Made by a program: the position numbers and the translations under genes. DNA of 63,749 bases, the filler included, from Octopus bimaculoides (lineage: Eukaryota): NCBI RefSeq assembly GCF_001194135.2. It is 8 parts of 6 records of this genome, joined end to end, with 100 filler letters (N's around TTAATTAATTAA, not from the genome) between each part and the next. Parts side by side here need not be neighbours in the genome. Positions count along the whole stretch, not along the records: positions 1 to 7,735 come from NC_068985.1; positions 7,836 to 20,892 come from NC_068981.1; 6 more parts are not named here. One strand, given 5' to 3'. Below are positions 1-11,929 of the stretch, one piece after another. How positions within the stretch are numbered: the stretch's first letter is position 1; the number at the start of each line of letters is the position of its first letter. The notes under the pieces are model-generated. The model searched no databases, was not told where the DNA came from, and saw only the letters and a program-made list of their open reading frames with translations.

Positions 1-39
<39 letters not shown>

Positions 40-94
40 TATATGTGTGTGTGTGTGTATGTGTGTGTATATATATATATAATTTTTGTAAACA

Positions 95-1110
95 AACCAG
101 GGATAGAATTACTGAATAGAGACTCAATTAAGCAACTTGAAATAGAAGGACACAAATACCTTGGTGTACTAGAGTTCAGCGAGATATGTGGGTGATAGCA
201 TTACTTTGGTATGGGGCAGGAATTATAAAATGGCAAAAGAGAGAAATGAAGAAAATGGCTACCAAGACCAGAAAAATGTTGGCAGTCCATCCACGGAGCC
301 CTCCACCCTAAAAGTGACACCGATAAACTGTACTTGTTCAGAAGAAAGGGTGGGAGAGGTTTAATCAATTGCTAGGACTGTATTGAAGTAGAGGAAAACA
401 GCCTAGGGAGGTATATAAAGAATGCTGTGGAGCCACTGTTGACACACACGAAGAAGACCAACATCATCAAAACTGAAAATTGTGTAACTAAAGAAAAATT
501 TAAACAAGAAATGAACAAAAAAAAAAAAAAAGAAAACGCATGGAAGGAAAAGAAAATGTATGGTCACTTTGCAAAGGATATGAACACCAAAAAAGATACA
601 GAGGACGAGTGGCTATGGATGAAGAGGGGTGACCTGAAGATAGAGACAGAAGTATTCATATGCGCAGCTCAGGAACAAGCGTTAAGGACCAATTATATGA
701 AGTGCAGAATTGACAACACTATCGATAGTGACAAATGCAGAATGTGCAGTGAGAGGAGTGAAATGGTATGGTATATCGTTAGCGAATACCTGAAATTGGC
801 ACAATGTGAATACAAATGACTCCATGATGATGTGGCAAGAATGATCCATTGGGAGATCTGTGGCAATCACAGTCGACAAAGAGTAAAAATATGGTATGAG
901 CAAACTCCGGAAGGAGTGATTAAAAATGAGAATTGCAAAATCCTGTGGGATGTAATGATCCAGTGGGAACACCTGACCAGGCAACGGAAACTGGACAGTG
1001 TTGTGGTGAATAAAAAAGAAAGAACATGTATGATAATCGACACAGCATGCCCTGATGACAACAGGATCAATGTGAAAGAAGAAGAAAAAAAATAAACAGT
1101 GGTGCACCAG
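95..1110 (+). mobile_element. Degenerate non-LTR retrotransposon 3' fragment, R4/Dong-type (restriction-like endonuclease, RLE)
   Basis: Translates to LYLFRRKGGRGL, LKIETEVFICAAQEQALRTN, a decayed CCHC knuckle (CRMC..IVSEY), and an RLE-like segment KLDSVVVNKKERTCMIIDTACPDD..KEEEK. It has in-frame stops and frameshifts, and an (AAAT)n run follows at about 1140. Confidence 0.85.
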
Positions 1111-1511
1111 CATGACCGCAGCCACTTGGCTGAAACACATAAATAAATAAATAAATAAACTATGAGACGATTTAAAAGTGGGAAATACGAAGGTTGCTCT
1201 ATTATAACAAATGACAATCAGTAGTTTTCTAATCTAGGCACAAAAGGTCAGAAATGGTTTGTGGTGGAGATGTTAGTTGATTGCAGGAAGCTCATCTCTT
1301 GACAACTCAAGAGTGATAAAAGATAAAGTTGACTTTGGTGGGATTTGAACACAGAATATAAAGTTCTGTAATTGTATGGCATTCTGTTCAATATAATGAT
1401 TATGCCAATATACTACACTCGTAATACCGATAACGATGATAACAACAACGAATGTAATTCTAGTGTGTTGGAAGCAGAGTTATTCAGGATGCCTGTTATA
1501 ATCGTTAACAG

Positions 1512-1563
1512 GTGCCTTAGGAAAGATAAAAGAAGAGGATTTTCTACATGCTGTGCATGTCAT
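1512..1563 (+). CDS. Possible 52-nt internal exon of an unidentified gene
   Basis: Flanked by aacag| and |gtaagt. The phase-1 frame reads (G)ALGKIKEEDFLHAVHV. No homolog recognised. Confidence 0.2.
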
Positions 1564-1580
1564 GTAAGTATTGTAGTTCT

Positions 1581-1626
<46 letters not shown>

Positions 1627-2929
1627 CACACTCACACACACATATACATACATACACATATGTGTGTGTGTGTATATACATATATGTATATGCATATATG
1701 TATGTATACATATATATATGTGTGTGTGTGTATCTATCTATCTATATACACACACACATTCCAGAACTGCAAAACTTATAGCACATGCACAACATGTAAA
1801 AAATAACACAGTTAGCCACTGCACGCATACATTATGAAAAAAATGCTGTAGGACCCCAAGACACATGGAACTGAATTCTGTCAAAACCACTGAAAGCAAG
1901 AAATAACAATAAGTCTACTAAAATAAAAATAGTGATTATAGTCGTAGATATAGGAGAGAAAAATGATAAATAAGAATAAGGAAATAGATGAATGGTATAG
2001 TGAAGAGAAGTTGGTATATATAGTGTCATTGTGGCTACAATATATCTGGTTTAATAGGATAGCTTTGTGACCTACTGGTTTTATATGTCTGCTTTCTTAC
2101 AATAGCTACCTCAATACTGGTATCTAATATACACTCTACTACAATACACACACACACACAAACACTTGCCTTCATTTATGCATGCACACACAGAGGGGAA
2201 TATAGCCACTTATAAACGGATGCACATTCATATATATATATATATATATATGCACATGACAGATGACACATACACCTACAAAGAGAAATGCAGGGTTACT
2301 TAGACACACAAGCACATAATGTGCACAGCCATACCCTCACACACACACACACACACAGATATGCCCTCCTAGATACACACTAGCATATAAGCATACATAT
2401 GTACATGCATGTAGAAATAAACATACATATATATATATATATACACACACATGCACAGAACTAAAGAGACACAAATGTGCCCACAAATTGACACAAGCAC
2501 ATACAAAACCCACTGACACACAAAACCAAAAAGGAAAAAAAAAACACACAACCAATTTTATAAAATGTGATTATTGAAACCATATAATTTTATTTGGTCT
2601 TCTTTTAATTTGCTTCTCTCTGCCAAAATTAATAGTAACAAACCAGCAGTGAATGTGTGATACCTATTTTCTGTTTTTTTTTTAAAGAATACTGTGTGTG
2701 CCTTGCCTCAGTACATAATGCTTGTGGCAAGGCTTTGAAAGTTGCGCATGACTTTCAAAGAGGTTTCAAAACCATTCAGCTTTTAAATCTTTCAGTCAAT
2801 ATCATTAAATGTTTGAATTATCTTCTTTTCTAAGAGCATCAAACGACTAATTTATACAATGGCAAGAATGCAAATAGCTGCAGTGCTGCTACTATCGCTC
2901 CTCCACCCCCTCCTCCTCCTGCTCCTTTC

Positions 2930-3110
2930 TAAGATAGGCACAAGGCCACACATCAAAGCAACTAAACCAACCACAGTAGTTCACTGGTATTTTATGTTAG
3001 TGACACTGAAAGGATGAAAGGCAAAGTTGACCTCATCAAGATTTGAACTCAGAGTGTAAGGATCTGCAGCTAAATTCTGCAGGTATTTTCTTTGATACTC
3101 TCACAATTTT
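2930..3110 (-). mobile_element. SINE fragment with mollusc-type central box (ttgcctttcatcctttc)
   Basis: gaaaggatgaaaggcaaagttgacctc motif. Related pieces occur at about 1290-1370, 4600-4770 and 35260-35470. Confidence 0.5.
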
Positions 3111-3789
3111 ACCAATTACACTGTTCTTACTACTATTACTAACATTACAACTTACAGAGGTACCGAACCAGGAATTTGTATCAACTTTTATACTCTTGGT
3201 AAAGTACCACTACTTGACTGTTACTTTATCAACCCCAGTATTTGACTGGTATTTTCTTTGTGAAGCCCAGTATTTGACTAGTACTTTAATAACCTCACAA
3301 CTTGATTGCTACTCTCTTCATTAACCCCAGTATTTCACTAGAACTCTGTTAATCCCAGAAGGGTGAGAGCAAAGTTGACTTCTGTTGTTCTTTACATGAA
3401 TCCAAAATGTTGGCAACATTACAAGGATGAAGTAGAGAAACGGTGGGAGAATTACATGGAATGAAATGGAGAAATCAATGATAATAGTAAAGTATAATAA
3501 TAAAAAGAATAATAATTGTGAACAATAACAGCAGAAAACATCAACATAACAAGAAAGGATCAACAAAACGGGTAACAACCAGATCAGGTAATTTGGGAGA
3601 CACTTGACACACAACTCCTAATTACACAGATACACCAAAGGTGTCTTGTGTTATTTCTTGTTGCCAACCCACAGCCACATTGTTGCAGTGAGTTCATTTA
3701 GTGTTGCTTCCTGCTTCATGATTATCATCTAACTTTCATAACACTGGAATTGCTAACAAAGAAAGTAGTGTTTGTATGTGGAAGATGCA

Positions 3790-4490
3790 CAGGTGCCATT
3801 AAGTCTGAGGTCACATGGGAAATTGATTTTCCCTAAATGCCCTGGGTGCTCTCTAGAGGCTGTAGATAATTTCTGTTACTTAGGCAACCTAATTAGTAGT
3901 GGAAGAGGATGCTCTGAAAGTGTAATCACTAGAATAAGAATTGGATGGAGAAAGTTCAGAGAGCTATAACCTCTGTTGCCAACAAATGGTTTCTCTTTCA
4001 GTAAAAGGCAGATTCTGTGATGCTTGTGTACATACAACAATATACGTAGTAGTGAGACGGAGATGTAAATGCAGAGGACATGTGAGGATGAAGAGCAGGA
4101 TGAAGCTAGTTTGCTTCATTGGATGTGCCAGTGCCAGTGTACACGTGTGATAGAGTGTTGGTGTTTTGAGAGAAAAGTTAGGCACAAGAGGAATTAGATG
4201 AAGAAAGGAAACTGTCTGGGTTTGGTCATGTGATGTGTATGGATGAGGTCATGTGATGTGTATGGGTTTGGTCATGTGATGTGTATGGATGAGGAGAGTT
4301 GCATAAAGAAGTGCCAAGAGCCTTAAAGTAGACAGAACTCATGGAAAAGGGAGATCCAAAAAGACATAAGATGAAGTATTGAAAGCCAATCTGAAGATGC
4401 TGAGACTTAAGGAGGAGATGACAAATGATCGAGATGTTTGACACACTGTTGCACTTGAGGAAAACCTGTCCACCACAACAGAAGTGATGT
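3790..4490 (+). mobile_element. Degenerate RTE-clade LINE, RT C-terminal region and 3' end
   Basis: LEAVDNFCYLGNLISSGRGCSESVITRIRIGWRKFREL, then SVKGRFCDACV, GHVMCMDEESCIKKCQ. Multiple frameshifts. Confidence 0.85.
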
Positions 4491-5666
4491 CCTAAAACCA
4501 TCTTGGTAAATGCTTGTATGTATGAAACTCTGACCCACCCCCATTTTCACTCCCCCACCCACATGCTCACATCCTATTCCTTAAGAACACTCATCACTTC
4601 TTTATGGCAGAATCGTTAGCATAATGGGTGAAATGCTTAGCAGCATTTTGTCTGTCTTCTTATTCTGGGGGTCAAATTCCACTGAGGTCCACTTTGCCTT
4701 TTGTCCTTTAGGGTTCCATGAAATAAGTACCAGTTGAATACTAGGGTATCTAATTGACTCCCCTCCTCCACCAAATTTCAGACCTTGGACTTATAGCAGA
4801 ATCACCTGAAAGTAGAATAAGCACATCCCCTATCATCTCTTCCCTTTCCTCCTTCTTCCCCCCACCCACAGCCACTTCCATTCTTCATTATCTTTCTTCA
4901 GCCATGCTCTCTCTCTCTCTCCTCCCTTCTATATGCCATCCTTAACACCTCCTTTATCCCCTATCATCCCTCATATATCTACCATAACCAATCCACTGAG
5001 CCACTCCTATATCCTTAACCTTCAATTATTGCAGCCATCTCTATCCCATCTTTCTTCCCATTCTTATGAAAACTTCTCCTTCGCCCCACTCACCACCACA
5101 CTCCAATCCCCTGTATCCATTCATTTGTATTCACCCCCTACTCTAGTTTGGCATATCTCCACCACCATCTCTCCCATATTCTTTTACTTGTCTCTCTTTC
5201 TCTCCCCTTCTTCTCCATCTGTGGTATCCTTGCTTCTCTTCTACAGCAAGGCATCTATCTCCCCCTCCCTCCCTCTATTATTCTTTTAAACTCTCATCAA
5301 TTGGCACACAGCCACCTCCCTCAATACGACCCCCCACCCGCTCCCAGTGGAGGGGATTTTGTCTTGTCTTGCAAGTTCCTGGCACACTCATGGATGGATA
5401 TTTCTTGTCATGGAACTGGAAGCAGTTGAATATCTGTTGTTTTAGTGCAACGCACAGACAGACATTGTGTGTTGTTGCTGTTATTTAAAAAACCCAAAGT
5501 AGTTCAGAACGAGAAGTAGCCATAATCAAAGATATTCCAGATGCAAAACCATTCCATTGCTTTCCCAAAACAGTACATCTAGGACTTTTTTTTGTTAGAC
5601 TGTAGGCTGTGAATTGAGGAAAACTTGACTGCTATTTCTAGCAGTTCCAGCCACCATGCAGAGACT

Positions 5667-5675
5667 TTTACCCAT

Positions 5676-5714
<39 letters not shown>

Positions 5715-6260
5715 ATGTATGAATGGTCAGGCATGAAGTAACACAAGTAGATTAACAGACAAATAGNNNNNNNNNNNNNNNNNNNNNNNNNNNNNNNNNN
5801 NNNNNTATATTATTAGATTATTTTACCACAGCAGAATCAGGGAGAAAAACATGATTATTGTTTATAGATCCGTAGGGAAAACAAAGATCCCTTTGTATGG
5901 GTGAGTGTATGTAATAATTTTCAGTGTGGTGTACATTGTATGTGTGAGAGTGTTAGTGTGTGTGTGTGTGTGTGTGTGCGCGTGTGAGTTTATGTATGGT
6001 GGCCAGGTATGAAGTAATAGAGAATGTGCAGAAAGACAAATAGATAGTTGAGAGAGTGAGAGAAGGAGAAAGGGAGAGGGAGGGAGGAGATGAGACTGAG
6101 AAAGGTGAGAGAAATTATCAGATTATCTTAGCTCAGTAGAATCATGGAGAAAACAGATGATTAATATTTATGGATCCTTTGGGATAAAGATCCCAGAATG
6201 TGTGTGTGTGCGTGTGTGTGCGCACGTGTGTGTGTGTGTGTGTATAAGATAGAAATGATG
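5667..6260. repeat. Diverged tandem duplication (about 300-bp period) of a (GT)n-unique-(GA)n-unique unit
   Basis: atgtatg..ggtcaggcatgaagtaa..gacaaatag at about 5715 recurs at about 5990. ttagattat..cagaatca.ggagaaaa..gatccc at about 5815 recurs at about 6118. Confidence 0.55.
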
Positions 6261-6479
6261 AGAGAGAAAAAGGAGGGAATCAATTAATTGTGGTTACACA
6301 GTGTAAATAAAATTAATAATTAATGAAGTTGGCATGAAATAATTAGATTAGAAAGAAGGGAAGGAAGAAAGAGATAGATAGAGAGATAGATAGTGTGTGT
6401 GTGAGTAGCAGGAAATGATTAGAGAGGAGAGGAAGGAGGGAATGGAGAGTTAGGAAGGCAGGATATTAGATAGAAACTA

Positions 6480-6520
<41 letters not shown>

Positions 6521-6704
6521 CATTAAATAATGGATATGGAGTGTGTGGGTGGGGGTGGGGGGTCATGAAATGATTCCCAATGGCAGTGGTGATGGTGGAG
6601 GAAGCACTTATATGAGAAGTAAAGGAAAGCAAACAAATGTGTAGAGAGATGCAGACATATGCAAACATTTTAAACACACACACACACACACACACGCATA
6701 CACG

Positions 6705-6745
<41 letters not shown>

Positions 6746-7449
6746 ACATAGGCTGTGAAATGGCAGGAGTATTAAAGTTTTGGCTAGAATGCTTTGCCTC
6801 TGGGGTTCCTATCCTTGACTGCATGCCTGTCATCCTTCTCGGGGGATAATAAATAAAGGATACCAGTCAGGAACAAGAGTCAGTAATTCTCCTTCTTTGT
6901 CTGTTTGTCTCCAAGAATCAGGAATAGTCTTGCAGAGAAGGATCATGGACAACCACTCACAATGAAATGGAAAAGCAAGGATTTATCAACCTCTTCCCCA
7001 TAGAAGACTGAGATCAATCAATATACATTAAACCACAGAATGGAAATTAACAGGGTCTCTGTCTCTGTCTCTGTCTGTCTGTCTCTCTCTCTCTCTATCT
7101 ATCTATCTCTCACTCTTACTTTCTCTCTCTATCACTCTGGCTATCTGTCTGTCTATAGTCATACATGCACACATGTTTTGAATTCACAAAGAGGTAGAGT
7201 ACTCAATACGTACAGGATAGTTTATTTATTCAAAGCTGAGGCTTCTCCCCATCAGAAAACAGGGTTTCAGATTTTTGCTTCACACCAATGAGCAGCAGAA
7301 ATGCAAAACTGAGAGAAGTTTTGAAATATATATCTCAATGTTGATTAATACTATGTATATTAATATATATCTTTTTGAAACTTTCGAATATTGATTTCCT
7401 AACTCCAACATATCTACATATGTTTTTCCATATATATATATATATATAT

Positions 7450-7735
7450 ATATTGATGGCAGACCTCGTCAGAGCAATGCGAAATGTCTCCTGCATGTGC
7501 GACCCTACGGAATTAAAGAGACATATACAACATTTCGTCCAACGCATGCAGTTCTCAGGTTACAGCCATAAAGAAAGGATCAGGGTATACAAAGGAGCTA
7601 TGAAGAAGTTTGAAACAATCAAATGCAACGATAGGAATGGGATTTGCCCACTCTGTAGGAGCAAATCATGGAACACCATAGAAAGGACTAAGAAGAAAAT
7701 AGGGAAGGCAAGCTCATGGTACGATAGCCACAAGT
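7450..7735 (+). mobile_element. Penelope-like retroelement fragment (region C-terminal to RT core)
   Basis: ILMADLVRAMRNVS..HIQHFVQRMQFSGYSHKERIRVYKGAM. The RMQFSGY motif is typical of the PLE RT thumb region. Cut by a spacer. Confidence 0.55.
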
Positions 7736-7835
7736 NNNNNNNNNNNNNNNNNNNNNNNNNNNNNNNNNNNNNNNNNNNNTTAATTAATTAANNNNNNNNN
7801 NNNNNNNNNNNNNNNNNNNNNNNNNNNNNNNNNNN
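7736..7835. other. Artificial scaffold spacer (44N-TTAATTAATTAA-44N)
   Basis: Exactly 100 bp, with the six-frame stop 12-mer at 7780-7791. Confidence 0.9.
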
Positions 7836-9088
7836 GAAGAAAGACAACTAGATAAATAAATAAATAAATAAATAAATCAATAGAAAGAAAGAAAGAAAGA
7901 AGGAAAGAAAGAATTTGAAACTGATTGTTGAGTCCTATTATTTTTCTTTGAAAATTTATTTTATCTCTTGATAACAAACATCCGTCAAGATTTTTTTTTT
8001 TCTAAGTGAAAAATTATAGAAAAATAAAAGCATAAATGAATTTTTAAAAAATATGAATGATAAAATGCATAATTAATAAAAAATATATATATATATATAA
8101 TATGTATACAGAAAAACAAGTGTAGAAATAAATTGAACAACAGGTAGAGGGGTGTAGGTGAATCGTTGAATTAATAGAAGAAAGAAAGGAACAAACAAAC
8201 AAATAAATTTCAATTTCTCCTGAAATTGATCATTTAAAAATTCCTCAATTTTGTTTTTCAATTTACTTCTGGAATGTTTGCATGTTTTTCCTCCTTCCCT
8301 GTACTTCATTTTTTTAAAAATATTTTTATGAAATTTTTCTTTTCATTTTTTTTGTTTGTTAAATTGAAAAAAAAATTTTTTTTTTTAAAGTTAAAAAATA
8401 CATAAAAAATATCTGCATGCGTATGCATGCATATGGCAAATATTTTCTTCCAAATAATGCATACACCTGCTTACATGCATGCATGTGCACTTGACATTGC
8501 CCTTCCTTTGTACATGCATCTCGCTTTTTGCTCTCTCTTTTTCTCTCACTATTTCCCTCTTTTCTGTACTTCTCTCACACTTTTTTCCTCCCTCCTACTC
8601 ATCCTCCCCTCCATTTATTTATTTATTTATTTATTTATTTATTATTTCTCAATGATGCTTCTTGTCTGTTTGGCAACAAGTTATCAGAATTCCATTACCG
8701 ATATTAACAATATACCACCTTCTGCTGAAATATTTTCACTAATTCATCTGTGATGAATCATTCCTTTCCATTTAATTTTTATTTTGACAACTTTAAACTA
8801 AATCGATGGCTCACAAGTAAGGCTTCATATTCATGTCTTCTAACTCTGTGTATCCTAACCCTTTTTTTTTTTTTTTTTTATACTCTCAGGGAACATTTGA
8901 AATACAAACCATGCTTTAGGGAACTCCCTACATAAAGATAATTATATATTTTTATTCGTCGTTTTTCTTTCTCTTTCATTAAAGTTGAATTTCAGAAGAG
9001 ATGAAACAAATCAGAAAATTTGTCTTTGAAAGGTTTAGCAGTACTAAATCTATCAGATGCCACAAAGAATATTTAGCAAATTCAGTCT

Positions 9089-9268
9089 TACAGTTCTATA
9101 TTTAAGAGATGAGGAATTCTGTACATTATTTACATTATTTACATTTAACGGATATTTGTCTTCATTTTGTTTGTTGTTAACACAACATTTCTGCTGATAT
9201 ACCCTCCAACCTTCTTCAGGTGTCTTGGGGAAATTTCGAATCTGGGTTCTCATTCCTAAGGTATTTCT
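9089..9268 (-). mobile_element. 5'-truncated copy of the hammerhead-bearing short retroposon
   Basis: Reverse complement matches 11835-11994 (gaaataccttaggaatgagaaccca..gacacctgaaga..gttgtgttaacaacaaac..gatgaggac..) and includes the full 3' tail ctcttaaatatagaactgt. Confidence 0.85.
9179..9224 (-). ncRNA. Minimal type I hammerhead ribozyme motif (degenerate copy)
   Basis: GACAC-CTGAAGA-A-GGTTG(gagggtatat)CAGCA-GAAA-TGTT-GTGTT. The core CUGAAGA is intact; there are substitutions at stem II closing base 11.1 and in the ACGT palindrome. Confidence 0.7.
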
Positions 9269-10227
9269 TTCAGTTTCCACTCTACCAAATCCACTCACAA
9301 GGCTTTTGTGTTTGTAGACGGTTGAAAAGAATACTTTTAACAAAAAAAAAAATTAAATGATAGCATTGTAGTTGTGGGTGGGCCCCTTAGTCTCCTGGCA
9401 ACCAATGTTTTTAGACCCAGTCTGCCATTGCATACATATGCATATTTTACAGCACACTGGTTGGGAACCTGTGCTTTAAGGTATAATCAGCTTCTTGAAT
9501 AAGGGTTATATGTCTATTATTATTTGTGGAGTTCAACAATTAAAAAAGTCATCATTTTGAACTCATTTAATCAAGAAAATAAATTACAAAGATGATTCTA
9601 GAACAGCACGTACAAACATAAATGTGATAAAATCATGAAAGCTAATTGGATAAAAGAAGCCATCAGATTACATCCAAGGTTAAGCACAATTACGAAATTA
9701 TCGATGAATAATAAAAGATTATTAATTGTAACTTAAATAAAGCTTAAAATCAGTTTAAAGTCATTTAATGTGAAGTCATTCATCATCACTGATGCTAAAA
9801 AGATCCTCTCGTTCCCAAAATATCAAATGTTTATCTGCACCCATGGCACTGGTATTTCTTCCATTTTGTGTACATTTTCTAGATTGTCTTGGTCATCAGC
9901 CCTTAGATGTTCATCTGAATCCCATCCGTAGCATTTTATATTCCTGTCACTTGGGCACTCTTCATCACTATTTCAGTTAGAATAAGTTCCACTGTATGGC
10001 ACCTTGGGCAAGTATCTTCTTCTATGGCACTGAGCAATTAGGCTCTCAGTTATAAAGCAACGGGTTTCTTTTAGGACCTGGAAAACACATTGTTCACATG
10101 AGCAAAGTACTTTATTTCATGTTGCTCCAGTCCACTCAACATCAACTTAGCACAACAAACAAGCAAACATGACTGGAAACAATACCTCCACTTTCACTAT
10201 GGTGGAGGTAATACTCTCTCTCTCTCT

Positions 10228-10456
10228 CTTTTACTCTTTTACTTGTTTCAGTCATTTGACTGCAGCCATGCTGGAGCACCACCTTTATAGTCGAGCAAAT
10301 CGACCCCAGAGCTTATTCTTTGTAAGCCTAGTACCTATTCTATTGGTCTCTTTTGCCAAACCGCTAAGTTACGGGACACAAACACACCAGCATCGATTGT
10401 CAAGCAATGCTGGAGGAACAAACAAACACACAAACATATACACACACACACACACT

Positions 10457-10510
<54 letters not shown>

Positions 10511-10662
10511 CAACGGACTTCTTTCAGTTTCTGTCTACCAAATCCACTCACAAAGCTTTGGTCGGCCCGAGGCTATAGTAGAAGACACTTGCCCAAGGTG
10601 CCACGCACTGGGACTGAACCCAGAACCATGTGGTTGGTAAGCAAGCTACTTACCACACAGGC
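10228..10662 (-). mobile_element. Abundant tRNA-derived SINE (family A) with internal (CA)n/(TA)n
   Basis: Reverse complement of gtgtggtaagtagcttgc..ggttcagtcccagtgcgtggcaccttgggcaagtgtc..gaaagaagtccgt..[microsatellite]..gtccccgtaacttagcggtt..gctccagcatggctgcagtcaaatgactgaaacaagtaaaagag. Confidence 0.85.
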
Positions 10663-11178
10663 AGGTACAAAACCAAGATTTTAGTTTAATAATTCTTTTA
10701 TTACCAAATGTTTTTTTATGAAAAAGCTATCCACAACTAATATCCCTTGACTGCTTGTTTCCTTCAGAAGAATTTTTGAGTTTTCCTTCCTTCTTGAACG
10801 ACTTAAGGCCACATAAAGCTGACCGTGACTAAATACAGGAGCTGGCAAGTAAATACCAAATACACAGAGTTGAAACGCTGTTTGATTTTTCTGTTCAGCG
10901 TTGAATGTTCACCATCCCACTTCCATTGCATACACACATACACACACATGCACAAGCAAACAAACAAAATTCACATACCCACCTTTTACATACACACACA
11001 TATGCTCACACACAGTTGAAACACTGATTTTTTTTTTCACTGTTGAATTTCCATCATCCCACTACCAAGTTTGCCATCACCCCTTCCTTCCTTATCCATC
11101 TCTCACACTTTCTTTTTTCATTCATCTGTTGTGACGGAGAAAAACACAAGTGCATTGTTATAGTAGATATTTGAAGGT

Positions 11179-11436
11179 CATGTGATGGCACGATGGGCTA
11201 GTTGTTAGGCTGTTGCACTCACGATTGCTATATTGTGAGTTCAATTCCCAGACTGGGTGACACATTGTGTTCTTGAATAAAACACTTCATTTCATGTTAC
11301 TCTAATCCCTCTTTCAATTGGTGGGAGGGGGTTTGTTGGTCTGCTCATCTAGCCAGCAGGGTAGTGTCATTTGATGGCCAGAACAATGCAAAATACATTG
11401 TGACCAGTGATGCGTAACAACATCTGATAGCCTGAT
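11179..11436 (+). mobile_element. tRNA/CORE-like SINE acting as host for the hammerhead element (continues at 11995-12060)
   Basis: A-box-like tggcacgatggg and B-box-like gagttcaattccc, followed by tgtgttcttgaataaaacacttcat. Related copy at 29841-30150. Confidence 0.6.
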
Positions 11437-11533
11437 ACAGTTCCATATTTAAGAGATGAGGAATTCTGTACATTATTTACATCATTTACATTCGACGGAT
11501 ATTTGTCCTCATCTTGCTTGTTATGAACACAAC

Positions 11534-11606
11534 GGGCATATGGCATAGTGGTTAAGAGCGCGGGCTGCTAACCCCAAGATTCCGAGTTCGATTCCAAGCA
11601 GTGACC
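11534..11606 (+). promoter_or_regulatory. tRNA-like internal Pol III promoter (A and B boxes); SINE head, not a functional tRNA
   Basis: A box TGGCATAGTGG at 11541-11551, B box GAGTTCGATTCC at 11584-11595, anticodon-like loop CT-GCT-AA. Confidence 0.8.
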
Positions 11607-11623
11607 TGAATAATAATAATAAT

Positions 11624-11782
11624 CATCATCATCGTTTAACGTCTGCTTTCCATGCTAGCATGGGTTGGACGATTTGACTGAGGACTGGTGAACCAGATGG
11701 CTACACCAAGCTCCATTCTGATTTGGCAGAGTTTCTACAACTGGATGCCCTTCCTAAAGCCAACCACTCAGAGAGTGTAGTG
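11624..11782 (-). mobile_element. 5'-truncated (GAT)n-tailed retroposon nested in the (AAT)n tract
   Basis: Reverse complement of 20270-20430 (cactacactct..ggaagggcatccag.tgtagaaactctgcc..catgctagcatggaaag..acgttaaacgatgatgatg). Confidence 0.85.
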
Positions 11783-11836
<54 letters not shown>

Positions 11837-11883
11837 TCGAAAAATACCTTAGGAATGAGAACCCAGGTTCGAAATTTTCCCAA

Positions 11884-11929
11884 GACACCTGAAAAAGGCT
11901 GGAGGGTATATCAGCCGAAACGTTGTGTT
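11884..11929 (+). ncRNA. Minimal type I hammerhead ribozyme motif
   Basis: GACAC-CTGAAAA-A-GGCTGG(agggtata)TCAGCC-GAAA-CGTT|GTGTT. Stem I is GACAC/GTGTT, stem II is 6 bp, stem III is the palindrome AACGTT. This copy has G8->A in the core. Confidence 0.75.

Noticed and set aside
11534-11606. Functional tRNA gene
   Set aside because: The acceptor stem is incomplete and the sequence runs directly into an (AAT)n tract and retroposon body. It is a SINE head.
11670-11705. CTGAGGA-CTGG(tgaa)CCAG in the GAT-tailed element
   Set aside because: The hairpin is followed by ATGG rather than GAAA, and there is no stem III or cleavage triplet.
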